Assembly (NCBI RefSeq): GCF_009914755.1
Contig: NC_060929.1
Length of the DNA stretch: 64,000 nucleotides
From: the human T2T-CHM13v2.0 reference genome, Homo sapiens
Reading direction: 5' to 3' (one strand)
The notes under the pieces were generated by a model. It did no database searches. It was not told the origin of the DNA and saw nothing but the letters and a program-made list of their open reading frames with translations. Both the position numbers and the translations under genes were made by a program. Below are positions 43,234 to 64,000 of the stretch, piece by piece (position 1 is the first letter of the stretch; every line of letters starts with the position of its first letter).

Positions 43234-46200
43234 TTTTTAATAATAACTATTCTGACTAGTGCGAGATGGTATCTCATTGTGGTTTTCATCTGCATTTATC
43301 CAATGATCAGTAGTATTTAGCTTTTTTCTTCATATGCTTGTTGGCTACATGTATGTCTTCTTTAGAAAATTATCTGTTCATGTCCTTTGCCCACGTTTTA
43401 ATGGGGTTGTTTGTTTTTTGCTTGAAATTTGTTTACATTTCTTTTAGATATCAAACCTTTGTCAAATGCATAATTTGCAAAAATTTTCTCCCATTCTGTA
43501 GGTTGTCTGTTTACTCTGTCAATAGTTTTTCTGTGTAGAAGCTATTTAGTTTAAATACATCCCATCTGTCAATTTTTACTTTTGTTGCAATTGCTTTTGA
43601 TGTCTTTGTCATGAAGTTTTGCTCCATTCCTGTGTCCAGAATAATATTACCTAGGTTGTCTTCAGATTTTTTATAGTTTTGGGTTTTCCATTTAAGTCCT
43701 TAATCAATCTTGGATTGATTTTTGTATATGGTGTAAGGAAAGGTTTCGGTTTCAATCCTTTGCACATGGCTAGTTAGTTATCCCAGCACCACTTATTAAA
43801 TAGGGTGTTCTTTTGCCATTGTTTGTTTTTGTCAGGCTTGTCAAAGATCAGATAGTTTGTAGGTATGTGGCCTTTTATCTTGGCTCTCTATCTGTTCTGT
43901 TGGTCTATGTGTCTGTTTTTGTACTAATACCATGCTGTTTTGGTACTGTAGTTCTGTAGTATAGTTTGAAGTTGGGTGGCATAATGCCTCTAGTTTTGTT
44001 CTTTTTGCTTAGGATTGGCTTGATTATTGAGACTTTTTTAGTTCCATATGAACTTTAAAATAGTTTTTCTAGTTCTTTGAAGAGTATTATTGCTAGTTTA
44101 ATAAGAATAGCATTGAATCTGTAAATCACTTTGGGCTGTATGGACATTTTAATGCTATTGATTCTTTCTATCCATGAACATATTTTTCCATTTGTTTGTG
44201 TCATCTATGGTTTCTTTGAGCAGCATTTTGTAATTTTTATTGTAGAGATCTCTCACCTCCCTGGTTAGCTGTATTTCTAGGTATTTTATGCTTTTTGTAG
44301 CAGTTGTGATTGGAAATGCATTCCTGATTTGGCTCTCGCCTCAACTCTTGTTGGTGTATAGGAATGCTAGTTATTTTTGCACATTGATTTTGTATCCTGA
44401 GACTTTGCTGAAGTTGTTTTTCAGATAAAAGAGTTTCTGGGCTGAGACTATAGTGTTTTCCAGATATAGTATTATGTTGTCTGCAAACAGAATAGTTTGA
44501 TTTCCTATTTGGATGCCCTTTATTTCTTTCTCTTTCCTTATTGCTCTGGCCAACACTTTCAATATTATGTTGAATACCAGTGGTGAGAGAAGGTATCCTT
44601 GTCTTGTGCCAGTTTTCAAGGGGAATTCCTCCAGCTTTTGCCAACTCAGTATAATGTAGGCTGTGGATTTGTCACAGATGGTTCTTATTATTTTGAGGTA
44701 TGTTCCTTCAATACTTAGTTTATTGAGTTTTTAACATGAAGCGTTGCTGAATTCTATCAAAAGCCTTTTCTGCATCTATTGAGATGATCATGTGTTCTTT
44801 TGTCTTTAGTTCTGTTTATGTGATGAGTCACTTTATTGATTTGCTTATATTAAACCAGCTTTGTTTCCCAGGGGTAAAGCCTACTTGACTGTGGTGGATA
44901 AGATTCTTGATGTGCTGCTGGATGCAGTTTGCCAGTATTTTATTGAGGATTTTTGCACTGATGTTCATCAGGGATATTGGTCTAAAATTTTCTTTTTTTG
45001 TTGTATCTCTGCCAGGTTTTGGTATCAAGATAATGCTGGCCTCATAGAATGAGTTAAGGAGGAGTCTTTCCTCTTCTATTTTTTGAAATAGTATTAGTAA
45101 GAATGGTACCAGCTCTTCTTTGTACACCTGTTAGAATTTGGCTTGTAAATCTGTCTGGTCCAGGAATTTTTTTTGGTTGGTAAGGTTGGTAAGCTATTTA
45201 TTACTGATTCCATTTTGAAAGTTGTTATTGATCTGCTTAAGGATTCAATTTTGTTCTTATTCAGTGTTGAGAGGGTGTATACATCCAAAAACTTATCCAT
45301 TTCTTCTAGATTTTCTAGTTTATGTGCATAGAAGTATTCATAATATTATCTGATGGTTATTTATATTTCTCTGGGGCCAGTGGTAATATTCCCTTTGTTG
45401 TTTCTAATGGTGCTTATTTGCATCTACTGGTTTTTCATCTTTATTAGTCTAGCTAGCAGTCAATCTGTTTTATTAATTTTTTCAAAAAATCACTCCTGGA
45501 TTTATCTTTTGAATTTTTTTTTTGGTGTCTTAATCTCCCTCACTTCAACTCTGATTTTGCTTATATCTTGTCTTCTGCTAGTTTTGGGGTTGATTTTCTT
45601 TTGGTTCTCCAGTTCATCTAGTTGTGGTGTTAGGTAGTTCTATTGAGGTATTTCTAACATTTAGTGCTATCAGTTTCCCTCTTAATACTGCCTTAGATGT
45701 GTCCCAAAGATTCTGGTATGTTGTATCTTTGTTCTCATTAGTTTCAAAGAACTTCTTGATTTCTGCCTTAATTTCATGATTTATCTAAAAGTCATTCAGA
45801 AGCAGGTTATTCACTTTTCACATCATTATATGGTGTTTAGCAAATTTCTTAGTTTGCAATTGAAATTGCAATCCCAATTTCCATCTGCTTGGTAGATTTT
45901 TCCATTTTTTCCATTTGCTTGGTAGATTTTTCTCAATTCCTTTACTTTGAGCTTATGGGTGTCATTGCACCTGAGATGGGTCTCTTGAAGACAGCATACC
46001 AGTGGGTCTTAATTCTTTATCCAGCTTGCCACTGTTTGCCTTTTAATTTGGGCATTTAGCCCATTTCCATTCAAGGTTAGTATTGATATGTGTGGATTTG
46101 ATCTTGTCATCATGCTGTTAGCTGGTTATTATACAGACTTGTTTATTTGGTTGTTTTGTAGTGTCACTGCTCTGTATACTTAAGTATATTTTTGTAGTGG

Positions 46201-46368
46201 CTGCTAATGGTCTTTCCATATTTAATGCTTCCTTCAGTAGCTCTATTAAGACAGGTCTGGTAGTAACAAATTCCCTCAGCTTTTGCTTGTCTGGAAAGAA
46301 TCTTATTTCTACTTCATGTATGAATCTTACTTTATCCAAATATGAAATTCTGCATTGGAATTTATTTT
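43234..46368 (-). mobile_element. Host L1PA13-15 ORF2 and ORF1 C-terminus (segment 2), frameshifted, with a ~0.5-kb internal deletion
   Basis: ORF2 peptides ([20 protein letters not shown]; [11 protein letters not shown]) and ORF1 peptide FPDKQKLREFVTTRP. Confidence 0.92.
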
Positions 46369-54112
<7,744 letters not shown>

Positions 54113-54365
54113 TGGAATTTCTTTTCTTTAAGAATGTTAAATACTGGCTCTCTGTCTCTTATCACTTGCAGGGTTTCTGCTAAGAGGTCTGCTGTTAGTC
54201 TGATGGGCTTCCCTTCCTTTTAACTTGACCTTTTCCTTTAGCTACCTTCAACATTTTTTTCTTTCATTTTGACCTTGGAAAATCTGATGACTATGTGTCT
54301 TGGGGATGATCTTCTTGTGAAGTATCTTATTGGGGTTCTCTGCATTTCCTGAATTTTGGTGTTGG
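54113..54365 (-). mobile_element. Host L1PA13-15 ORF1 portion (segment 3), joined to U6
   Basis: Continues the ORF1 sequence broken at 46368 (aattt|cttttctttaagaatg). Confidence 0.88.
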
Positions 54366-54472
54366 AAAAATATGGAACGCTTCATGAATTTGTATATCGT
54401 CCTTGCACAGGGGCCATGCTAATCTTCTTTGTCTTGTTCCAATTTTAGTATATGTGGTGCCAAAGTGAGCAC
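54366..54472 (-). pseudogene. RNU6: Full-length U6 snRNA retropseudogene, the 5' part of a U6/L1 chimera
   Basis: Reverse complement gtgctcactttggcaccacatatactaaaattggaac...gaagcgttccatattttt; 107 nt; about 12 substitutions versus U6; ACAGAGA box mutated; no recognisable upstream U6 promoter. Confidence 0.97.
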
Positions 54473-54485
54473 TTGAAAGTTAATT

Positions 54486-55200
54486 CTGTCAAAGCTTTAA
54501 AAATTAAAAGCTCCAGGGAAGATTTTCTAAAAGCTTCTAAATAGTTGTTGGTAAAACAATTAAAACATTGATACCAAATCCAGTAGAAATAAAACGTATA
54601 GCAAACAGCAAAGATAGATCTCACATCTGGATACCATTGCATTCCCACATCCCTATACAAATTGCAATTAAATTAAAATGTCATTGAAAGAATAATAGGC
54701 AACAATCAACTAGGGTGATTCCCTGGAAGCAAATACTGGGAAATTGTGTAAGAACCATGTTAATCTAGCAAGACAAAAAGTACTGATTTTTTTCTTCTAT
54801 AAATGCTGAAAATATAAGAAAATTCACATCTGTTCTTACAAAAAAATAAAAACTGCTACAATATTAAGAATAGATAGATGTGTAGGAAAATTTATCTCTT
54901 TGAACACAAAGCAAGCAAGTATTCAATAATTCATAAGGAAACATAGAAAGCATTTTCACAATTTAGCAACAAGGCATAGAATGTCCATTTTTGCCATTAT
55001 TACTAAATAATTTTGAAAATATGAACTAGTGCATTTTGACAAGAGGAAAAAATAAGGCATAAAAATTGGATAGAAAAAGTATAAATTGTTCTGTGCAGAT
55101 AATATGACTCTATACTTAGAAGTCTCCACTTAATTAACAAAAACTAATAAATGTGGATAATAAAGACTTTAGTAAGTGGGCAAGTAGTCTAATTTACAGA
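54486..55200 (+). mobile_element. Ancient L1M ORF2 fragment (right part)
   Basis: acattgataccaaatccag...tgcagataatatgactctatacttagaa (ADNMTLYLE, RT-motif-like). Confidence 0.7.
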
Positions 55201-55229
55201 ATTAAAAGAAAAACTTAGTGTCATAAATG

Positions 55230-55870
55230 TTTAATATTGCAGTTTTATAATCTATTTTAGTATTTGGTAGGAAAAGAACATAATCATTACTCTTTTTTGC
55301 ATATTTTTATGATAATTGTTACATACTCTTTTACAGTAACTATAAGATTATTTTGTGATATGAGATTTTGACTAAGATATTATTAAATTTCTATAATAGA
55401 TTGACTTTAAGAAAATTGACTTCCTTATATGATTGAGTCTCTTATTTTATTATTTTATAATAGTCTTTTAATTTGGTTGAGTTTTACTTTATGTTCTCTA
55501 GAGATTTCTTGTTTCCTTTACATAACTCTTGTTAATTTCTGAAGTATATTTATTAGCATTCATTACAGTTTTTTTTAAAGTACTAACATAAATTCAGAAA
55601 ATTTCTGATGCTTGCTAAATTAATTTTAAAAGATTCCCTTTCTAGAATGATACTGTTAGATTTTTAAGTAAATATCTTCAAATGGCAGTAATTAAATACA
55701 CAGATGTGTTTGTGTATGTGTGTGTGTGTGGATGTGTGCACACAATTGAATTAGCTAATACTTCCACAATAATTTGTAGTAATTGTGGTTATGGTGGACA
55801 TTTTTGTTTTTTTCTTTACTGGGAATGCATCTAGCATTTATCATTAAGCACAAAAGATGTCTAGTATTAC
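55230..55870 (-). mobile_element. Ancient L1M ORF2 fragment
   Basis: ggtggacatttttg...gggaatgcatctagcatttatcattaag resembles antisense ORF2. Confidence 0.5.
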
Positions 55871-55919
55871 ATACATGTTTATGTGTTTGTATATTCATCA
55901 GCTCATTAAGAAAGCAATA

Positions 55920-56240
55920 ATTGGAAATGGTGCATGTATTGAAGGAGTTAATGGAATTGCTATGCAGATGTTGAGGGCAAGAATATTCCAGAAGAGAAAC
56001 CACCACCGTAAGGGCCCTAGTGTCTGAAATATTGAAGAAGCAGCAACAAGGTCAAGGTGATGGGAGCAGATAAAGATGAGAAACATGGTAGAAATTAGGT
56101 CACAGGTAAAGAAGGCCCAAATGTATAGAGCCATGAGCATTGTGATGACTTTGGCTTTGATTGTGATCACAGAGTGGAACCATTGCAGAATTTTCAGCAA
56201 AATAATGGCATAGTAAGTGTTGTATTTTTAAAAGAATCAT
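55920..56240 (-). mobile_element. L2 fragment
   Basis: tatgcagatgttgagggcaagaatattccagaagag...gactttggcttt..ggaaccattgcagaatttt. Confidence 0.7.
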
Positions 56241-57014
56241 CCCAGTAATAGCATCTCTAATTCTACATTGTGTAAACCTTTAAATGATGCTGTTTTTCAT
56301 TCTCCTTGAAGCCCAAATTCTCTCTTTTATATCAGAATATAAAGTGGATGATAGGAAATTAGGCAAGAATGCCATTTAAACAATGTTTACTTGACTTTTG
56401 CTGTTGTTGCCTTAATGAGGATGATTGAAGATTATGCCATTTTTTCTGACTATTTATTTGCATAAAACTTCAGTGGTCACTGGGTCTTTGAATAGGGTTG
56501 AATTGAGTTCTTTTTGTCCTTTCCCATTATTTACCATTCCAGTGTGTAAGAATACAAAATTTAAATAGATTCTCTGAAGTCTAAAGCCTTTACATGATGC
56601 ATGAAAACTGAGCCATACGCTCTGAGTTATGAGGTGCAATAATTAATTTTCTCATTTCTTCACATTTCCATGTTGTTAAATGTTAATCAATTCCTGCTGT
56701 TTTGGAGGTCAAAAATTTAAATGTTAGAAATAATACCCATAGGGAAATACATTTATTGATATTTAAGTTATTGAAAACAAAAGGATAAAGTGAGAAACAT
56801 TTAATATAGAAGTAAATTAATTTGATGTCCCCAAATAAGTGTACATTTTATGACTGCCATCACTATAAATAACAGTAAAATAGCATATGTGTAGTTTTAT
56901 CCTGTGCTTATCAGGTTTTCATAGAGCTATAGAATTTATTTCTTTCCAGTTGCTCAGTTTATAATAATTCCACAGGATACTAAGCTGCATAGTTAGCATA
57001 TTGTTCCTTCCATG

Positions 57015-58226
57015 TATTCACTTACTTTATTATCCCTTTATTCAACAGCTGTTTATTGAGCACTAGCTATGTGCCAGATGCTGTACTTGTAGATGCTTTA
57101 GATGCAGTATGAAGCAAAACAAAGATCTCTGTCCTAGTGGAGTATTTATTTTAGTATAGGAAGAGAGACAAAAAGCTTGAAATTTTACAAACTAATGAGG
57201 GCTGTGAAAAAAAATACAGAAAAATAAAATACAGCAGAGTAAGGGAGACTGAGGCAATGGGGAGAGGAAGTCCAAAGAGTTGTTTCAATTTCAGATGAGG
57301 ATGTCAGGATAGGCCTTATTGAAAGGGTGAGATATGACAAGATTTGAAAGATGTGAGGAAGTAATTGTGCAGATATTCTGAGAGAGTGTTTCTTAGTAGG
57401 GAAGGAACTCAAGTAGGGTGGACAGGAGTAGGAAGAACTGAAAATTAATAGGAGAAAATATAAGAACATAGCAAGAGGTCAGATCTCATAGGGTATTGCC
57501 AGACATTTTAAGGACTTTTTAAACTTCAAGATAAATGGGAGCCATGTAAAGCTTGGAGGAATGATTTCATCTGCATGAGGCTTTATGAGAATCATTCTGA
57601 CTACTCTGTTGAGAATAGGTTGAGGAGGCTAAGGCTAGAAGCAATGAGCTCAGCCAAGCAGCAACTACAGTGATGGCAGTTGAAGAGAAGATGGCAGTTA
57701 GAAAATTCATGGTCAAATACTAAGAAAAATTCAGATTCTGATATATTTTGGATACAGATCATAGAAGATGATAGATTAGAAATATATTTCAAATAGAAAT
57801 AAATGTAAAAACACTTTGGTATTTTCTTTTGGCTCTGAGAAATTGGAACTTTGGTGATGCCGTCAATGTGATGTGCAGAACTGTAGGGGGAGCAGGTATG
57901 AGGGAGAAATGAGAAGTTGAACATGAGATGAAGTGTTGAGACACTGAACTTGAATTGTCTTTTGAACAGCAAGATGGAGAGGTGTAGTTAGCACTTGGAT
58001 ATAATGAGTTTAAGATTCTGGAGAAAAGCCTAGCCTGGATATAAAGCTTTGAGATTCATTGCATACTCAGTTTGCAAAGCTCTGAAACTGACTGGGCTTT
58101 CCATGAAATGAGTGTGAATAGAACAGAGGGTAAGGCCTGTGGTCCTAGGCACCTCAACATAAAGAGATCAATAAAGAGAGGAACTTCAATACAGGCTGAA
58201 AAGGAGCAATGGTGTTGGTAGAATGA
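57015..58226 (-). mobile_element. L2a 3' portion
   Basis: attcaacagctgtttattgagcactagctatgtgccag terminus followed by a purine-rich L2 body. Confidence 0.8.
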
Positions 58227-58234
58227 ATTCCATA

Positions 58235-58748
58235 CAGTACTGGATTCATGGGCACAAATCCTGTGAAGGGCCTTATGCTCAAAAGGACCCAGTCTTAGTG
58301 CGTTCGGGCCATTGTAACAATATACCACAAGTTGAGTGTCTTATACACAACAAACATTTATTTCTCACAGTTCTGGAGGCTGGGAAGTCCAAGTTCAAGG
58401 CACCAGCAGATTCACTGTCTGATGGGGGCCTGCTTTCTGGTTCATAGATAGTGCTTTCTTGCTATGTCTTCACATGGTGAAAGGTGCTAGCTAACTCTCT
58501 AAGGTCTTTTTAAGAACACTAATCCCAATCATGAGGGCTCTACCATCATGACCTAATTACCTCCCCAAAAGTCCCACCTCCTAATACTATCACCTGGCAG
58601 GGTAAGATTTTAATATATGAGTCTGGCAGGGGACACGAACATTCAGACCATAACAAACCCCACACTTGGTTTAATGCTCTACTGTTACTGTCTTGAGATT
58701 CCTAATTATTTTTGAACAGGGGGCTCTACAAATTACATACTTGTCCTG
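58235..58748 (+). mobile_element. MER45A hAT-Tip100 element split by MLT1A0
   Basis: cagtactggattcatgggc...cttggtttaatgctct...gtcctg; 8-bp TSD attccat(a/g). Confidence 0.8.
58291..58655 (-). mobile_element. MLT1A0 MaLR solo LTR
   Basis: tttatttctcacagttctggaggctgggaagtccaag...aacattcagaccataaca; 5-bp TSD (g/a)accc. Confidence 0.9.
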
Positions 58749-61700
58749 ATTCCATGCCACTCAGGTAATACATCTAGAGCAAACAAGATAACTACCAACT
58801 AGATAATGGGCTTTGGTTAAGATAAAAACTAAATATTTTTTCAAGTAATTATACATATGTACAGAGAAACAAAGATGTCTTCAATCTTCAAATCTATTTC
58901 TTTCTTATACTTAATATGTACATATTTCTTTGATATCTTTGATTTTTAATTACTTCGTAATGCTTGCTTCTTTTTCGTCATCTCTACTAAGATTTAAAAA
59001 ATTTGGGTTCAACAATCATTTATTTTTATTATTATATTTTCTTTATTTTCCCTAATCTTATCATCTCAGACCCTAGTACAATTTCTAGTACATAGCAAGT
59101 GCTCAGTTATTATTTGCTATCAGCTTTTCCAAATGTTGCCATAAGTAGCTAATTGATCAGTGGCTTTTTCTCATTTTAAAATCTAGACTTTCTGCAGCTT
59201 TTTATAAGTTTTCACCTTCTTCTACTTTAAATTTACTTTACTTTAGATTATTTTGAACCATATTCTGCATGTTTTCTTCTTCCCAAATGTTTTTTTGGTG
59301 TATTTTTAGTCCTCTTTCTCTTTGTTCTAAATAAACAATAGCTATAAATAACTTAGATTAATAATTAGTCCTCAGCCTTCTTTTCTTGTTATCTGCTGTT
59401 CCTTTTGTCTATCTCCGTAACTATTACCTTTCCAATATAAATAGCTATGCCTCTCTCTCCAGATTCGAACTCAATGTTCTTCTGGCCACTGGCCGTCTCA
59501 GTCTCTTTGTTGTTCTGATATCTTGTCCCACCTGTCTGCTACTTCTAAGTGCCTTATTTCTGTTGACTATTATGCTGTAATTAACCTACCTGTAGAATGT
59601 TCTTGGATTCTTACCTGTCATTAATGGACTACTCCTATAGTTTCCATTTTTAAGTGACATTCCTTCCTTTCTATATCCACAGCCTCCAGCATGATTCTGT
59701 TTCTCAGTTCCTCTCTCTAGAGAGCCAAATACTCCCCAGTCAGATCCCTTCCACACAAATCAGAATCGCATATCCAAAGTACAATTTCCATTATATTACC
59801 TCATCTTAAAAAGAAGAAAATCTCCAGTCTCTCCCTATTGTCTCTGCTTCCCAGACCGTGTCAGACTATTCTAGCATATTATAACCAATCATGAAGTATA
59901 TCTTTGATGATAAGTTAGCAATTATAATTAAAGTCTAAAAGTTGTGAATGATTTTCCTTTTTAAAAATTAATTAAATGTGCACATTATATCACACTTATT
60001 CCCTTGCCTTCTGAAGTGCTTTTCTTGAGTAGAAACGAAAGAAAGAAAAGACAGGCGGTAACAAAAACATAAATAAAATTCAAAAATTGCACATAACCCA
60101 CCAGTCATGTTATCCATTGCACAGCTCCAAGTGTCCAACTATCAGTGACATAATATGAATTAGTTATGATGTTCAGGATTTATTATAATCAGTAGCAATA
60201 TCCATCTTACTTCCTTGCATTTTTTATTTTACGTTATTTTTTTGTTTTGTTTTGATCAAAACACATGGATTGCTTTGTGCATGCAGTAATTGTTCATCTT
60301 GTCTGCTCTAGCACACACACAGAGCTGCTCGCTCCCACACACACAGAGTTGAGAATTCCTGAAATACAGATATCAGTGCAAGCATAGCCCTGGTATGCAA
60401 GAACAAATGAACCTGGCTTACATCTATCATCAGCTTATTTGTCATCACTTTGTAAAAGAAGCGGCTTTTCTCTTTATCCTGATCTTGCTTTTGGCCACTT
60501 TTTTCCACCATTTTCACAAGTCAGATATTTATATTTCAAGGCTCGTTTCAAATGACACCTCCTCCTTGAGCTTCATAAAATCTGCCTTTCCTTTAAACCC
60601 TGATACTCCTTTTACCCTACTACAGACATAGTACATGGCCTGTCTTACAGTCATCTGTATATTTGTATTAACTTCCTGCATGACTCCAAATGTTTCTTGT
60701 GTATTCATCCTGAGCCCAGAAGAGTATCTTGAAAAGAAGTGAAAACACTTAAACATTAGAGACATTTAAAACCCTTATTAAATGCCTGGTTGTTTCTCGC
60801 ATGCAAGAAGAACAAATAAAAAAAAAACAGCTCTAACTAGTCTTAAGATGTGATTCCTCACTAGCATGCTTGACACTATATTTTCCAAACGCATAAAATA
60901 AATTTATTTTTACATGAAGGTTAACATTAAGGTTTCTACATTAATGCACTATTACTAAACTCATGATGATTTCTCATGGGAATTGTTAAAACAAAACAAA
61001 AACTTTGTGTTTCTAAGAATTACAAATTCTTTGCAAAATGAAATAAGCATGTTTCCTAGCCAATGAACATGTGTGTCTAAATATCTAGGCAAAATAGACT
61101 TGAGCCATGTTATAATGTTCAGTCTATAAAACTACATTTTAAATGAAGCTAACATAAAAAAATTCTGTGACTGTTTTAATAATACTACCTTAAAAATGTT
61201 CCAAGCACTGATATTTGAAATTCTAGAATAGTAAATCATACAAAATAATAATTTACTCTTGGATAATAAGTCAAATTTTACATTAGTTATAAATATATGT
61301 CCTCAAACTCTCCTGCTGATGTGTTTTTGACAAAATAAGGCCAACATTCAAATAAAGCATAGACAAAAGGAGACATTTAGAAAAGAATGTGTTCTAATAA
61401 CAGTAGGAATACAGTTTGGGAAATTTTATTGAGAATTACTCAAGCAAAGGCAGCATAAAACACAAGTGTAATATAGATATTGAAGAAGACTATACTAATA
61501 TTTATTATCTTTACCTTTTTTTATTTCCTTAAACTGAATATATATTTACCAATTTACAGAGAAAAATGAAGTAAATCATGCAATAATCTACAGACAATTA
61601 CACAATATTTGTGACTGAACTGTTGTAATATTTCATAGTTTAGACTTGCAGTGACATGACAATTCAAGTACATTATCCTTTTGTTACAAGTATAATATTT

Positions 61701-62889
61701 ATATATATTTAACTCCTCAAATTCTTGCCTGAATATCATGAAAAATGCAAGAATATATGTCATGATAACACTGTAATTTCAGAATGATTTTGTATTGTCT
61801 GAATATGTGCATGTTTGGAGCAGATAGTGAAATCTGCAGCAAATATTATGATATTTGATATATCTATTTTAAAAACTTCAATAAGCATTTATTTTTATAG
61901 TTATAGAGTTAGAAAATAAACATTTATGTGAGTATGTTATTTTAGAATAACCTCAAATATTACTTCTGTTTCCCCTAACATTTATGAGAAAGAAAATAGT
62001 TATTTTATTTTTTAAAACCATTGTATATATTCTACTGAGGTTCACTCCCTAGCAGTCTCTTTTTCTTAAGGAATACATTTTGAATGAGAGGACATCCTAA
62101 GGCAGACATTCTAAGTCAGACATATTGTACCTATTAAACTAAGGCAGAAACATTGAAGATTACAGAAGAAATATGTGGCAAGTCAAACACTGAATTTCTT
62201 ACTTCCTGTGAAGGACCTGAATGGAATTTCAACTGTTGGAAATAGTTTCAGGTTGGGAGAATTGCCATATTTCGAATTTTGGATTTTTCCCAAAGTCATA
62301 TTGTTTTTACACTTAGAAAAATATATCTCATTTATTAACAAATTTACAATTCAATAGAGCAATGGTTTTGTCATTAGGAATGAGGGAATTCAATGTGTCT
62401 GATGAAAATAGTTTGAAAATGAATTGCTATGGAATTTTTCTTTATATACAGAAATAACTAAATTTCTGTGTGTACTTTAACAGACACACTATGTAATGAT
62501 CATTATAATTTAGATAAATGAAACTAGAGTAAAGGTTAAATATAGAGAAAAGAATAAAGAAACTACACTAGCAATTTGCGAACAGTGGTACACCCAGTTG
62601 GGTGAGGGAGTAGAAGCAATCTACTGCAGTAGGAGGACTATTTAGAATTGCTAGGACATGGTGATAATAAAGAGATAATTTATTATTAGTGAGTGTTATT
62701 ATCCTTCTACATTCCTATTAGTATCGTCCCTCATTATTGCTTGTGCTCAGTGTGGATAGCTACCCTTGATATTCTACAACTTGTTACTTCTACATGAGAC
62801 ATAATGGAGTGGAAAAAAAATGTCAATTATCCTTTTAAAGTGAATATTATAGGTCATCTTTCACATAGAGGATTTATAATAATAAAGAT

Positions 62890-63080
62890 CATAATAGTTT
62901 GCTGCTCTAAATACTTCATCATGCATTATCTCATCTGAGTTTCACAACTGCTTAGTGAAGTAGGTATTATTTAAATGAGATGTATGGAAGTTAAGCAACT
63001 TATTCAAAAGTTCACAGATAGTAGGTGTTGAACCTGAGACAACTCAAAATCTGTGTTCTTCGTGGCCACGCTAACATGTC
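62890..63080 (-). mobile_element. MIR
   Basis: cattatctcatctgagtttcacaac...gtgaagtaggtattatt...gttaagcaacttattcaaaagttcacag. Confidence 0.7.
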
Positions 63081-63209
63081 TCCTTAGACTTGACAAAGAA
63101 ACCGCTACTGTATATAGATAAAATGATCTTAATCTGCAATGAGGTACTGATTCACCTATGCTTTCTAATTTAACATAATTTGTATAACTATTCATTTGGA
63201 AAGCTGCCA

Positions 63210-63410
63210 TTGGCTGTTTGCTTATTATGTGCCAGGCACAAGGAACTTTCTTTCCAAGATCTCATGTATTCTGCACAACCACATGAGGTGAATATTATTG
63301 CACCTTTTTAAGATGAGGAAATCGTGTCCACAGAGGTCACACATTTATGTGAAGGGGGAAAAGAAATTTAAGTTTAAGTCCTCCTAACCCCACATGTCAT
63401 GTCCTTAATT
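63210..63410 (-). mobile_element. MIR
   Basis: tattatgtgccaggcac...cacaaccacatgaggtg...agatgaggaaa. Confidence 0.7.
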
Positions 63411-63703
63411 AATAAATTGAAGGTTACAAAATAAAAGAATAAGGAAAAAGAGACCCAAACTTATCATATTCCTTATTTGATATATACCTAATTTTAGATT
63501 CATGACATAGAGTGTTTATCGTTGACTCTTATGTGACCTAAATTAATTACACTTAGGTCATGAAAATATCATGTTTAGGAAAACTTCATTGACTCACAGG
63601 AATATGTTAAGCAATAAGAAGAAATAAAAATTACAAACAGAAAGTAAACTTTTTATAAAAATCCTAATTTCACAGGCAATGATATAGTGTAAGTCTTAGT
63701 ACA

Positions 63704-64000
63704 TGTATCAGTCAGGGTTTTGCAGAGAAACAACCAAGAGAGTTGTTATAAGTAATTGGCACATAGATTATGGAGGCTGAGAAATCCCAAGATCCACAAT
63801 CTGAGAGCCAATGGTATAAGTTCCAGTTCAAGTCTGAAGGCTGGAGAAGACCTTTCTCTCAACTCTAAGACTGTTAGGCGGAGAGAGTGAATTCTCTCTT
63901 GCACAGCCTTTTGCTCTATTCAGATCTTCAGCAGATTGAATGAGGTCTACCCACTTTGTAGGGGGCAAACTTCTCTACTCAGCCTACTGATTCAAACATT
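63704..64000 (-). mobile_element. MLT2B-type ERVL LTR, cut by the window edge
   Basis: tgtatcagtcagggttttgcagagaaac...gattatggaggctgagaaatccca...tactcagcctactgattcaaa. Confidence 0.85.

Noticed and set aside
54366-54472. Functional U6 gene
   Set aside because: ACAGAGA box mutated, CpG decay, upstream flank is a TSD plus old L1, and the 3' end is fused to L1.
60248-60263. 16-bp palindrome tgttttgatcaaaaca
   Set aside because: Low complexity, adjacent to a (GTTTT)n run; probably chance.

Overview
Primate (human-like) AT-rich non-coding DNA, intergenic or deep intronic. No protein-coding gene is supportable: the ORFs in the track derive from Alu, L1, LTR or simple repeats, or are short chance frames. 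The window is dominated by interspersed repeats: about a dozen Alus, a solo MER11 LTR, MaLR/ERVL LTRs, old L1M/HAL1/L2/MIR remnants and hAT MITEs. The most notable structure is a 12.6-kb nested block (41881-54472). It is a full-length U6 snRNA copy fused to a ~4-kb L1PA13-15-type LINE-1 (a U6/L1 chimera with its own target-site duplication, TSD). A full-length L1PA7-type element and two younger 5'-truncated L1PA2-4 elements later inserted into it, all on the minus strand. Several local template-switch or templated-copy scars, an 855-bp TA-rich VNTR and a few enhancer-like motif clusters are also visible. I found no convincing novel biological system. Subfamily names come from my recall of consensus sequences, not from a RepeatMasker run.
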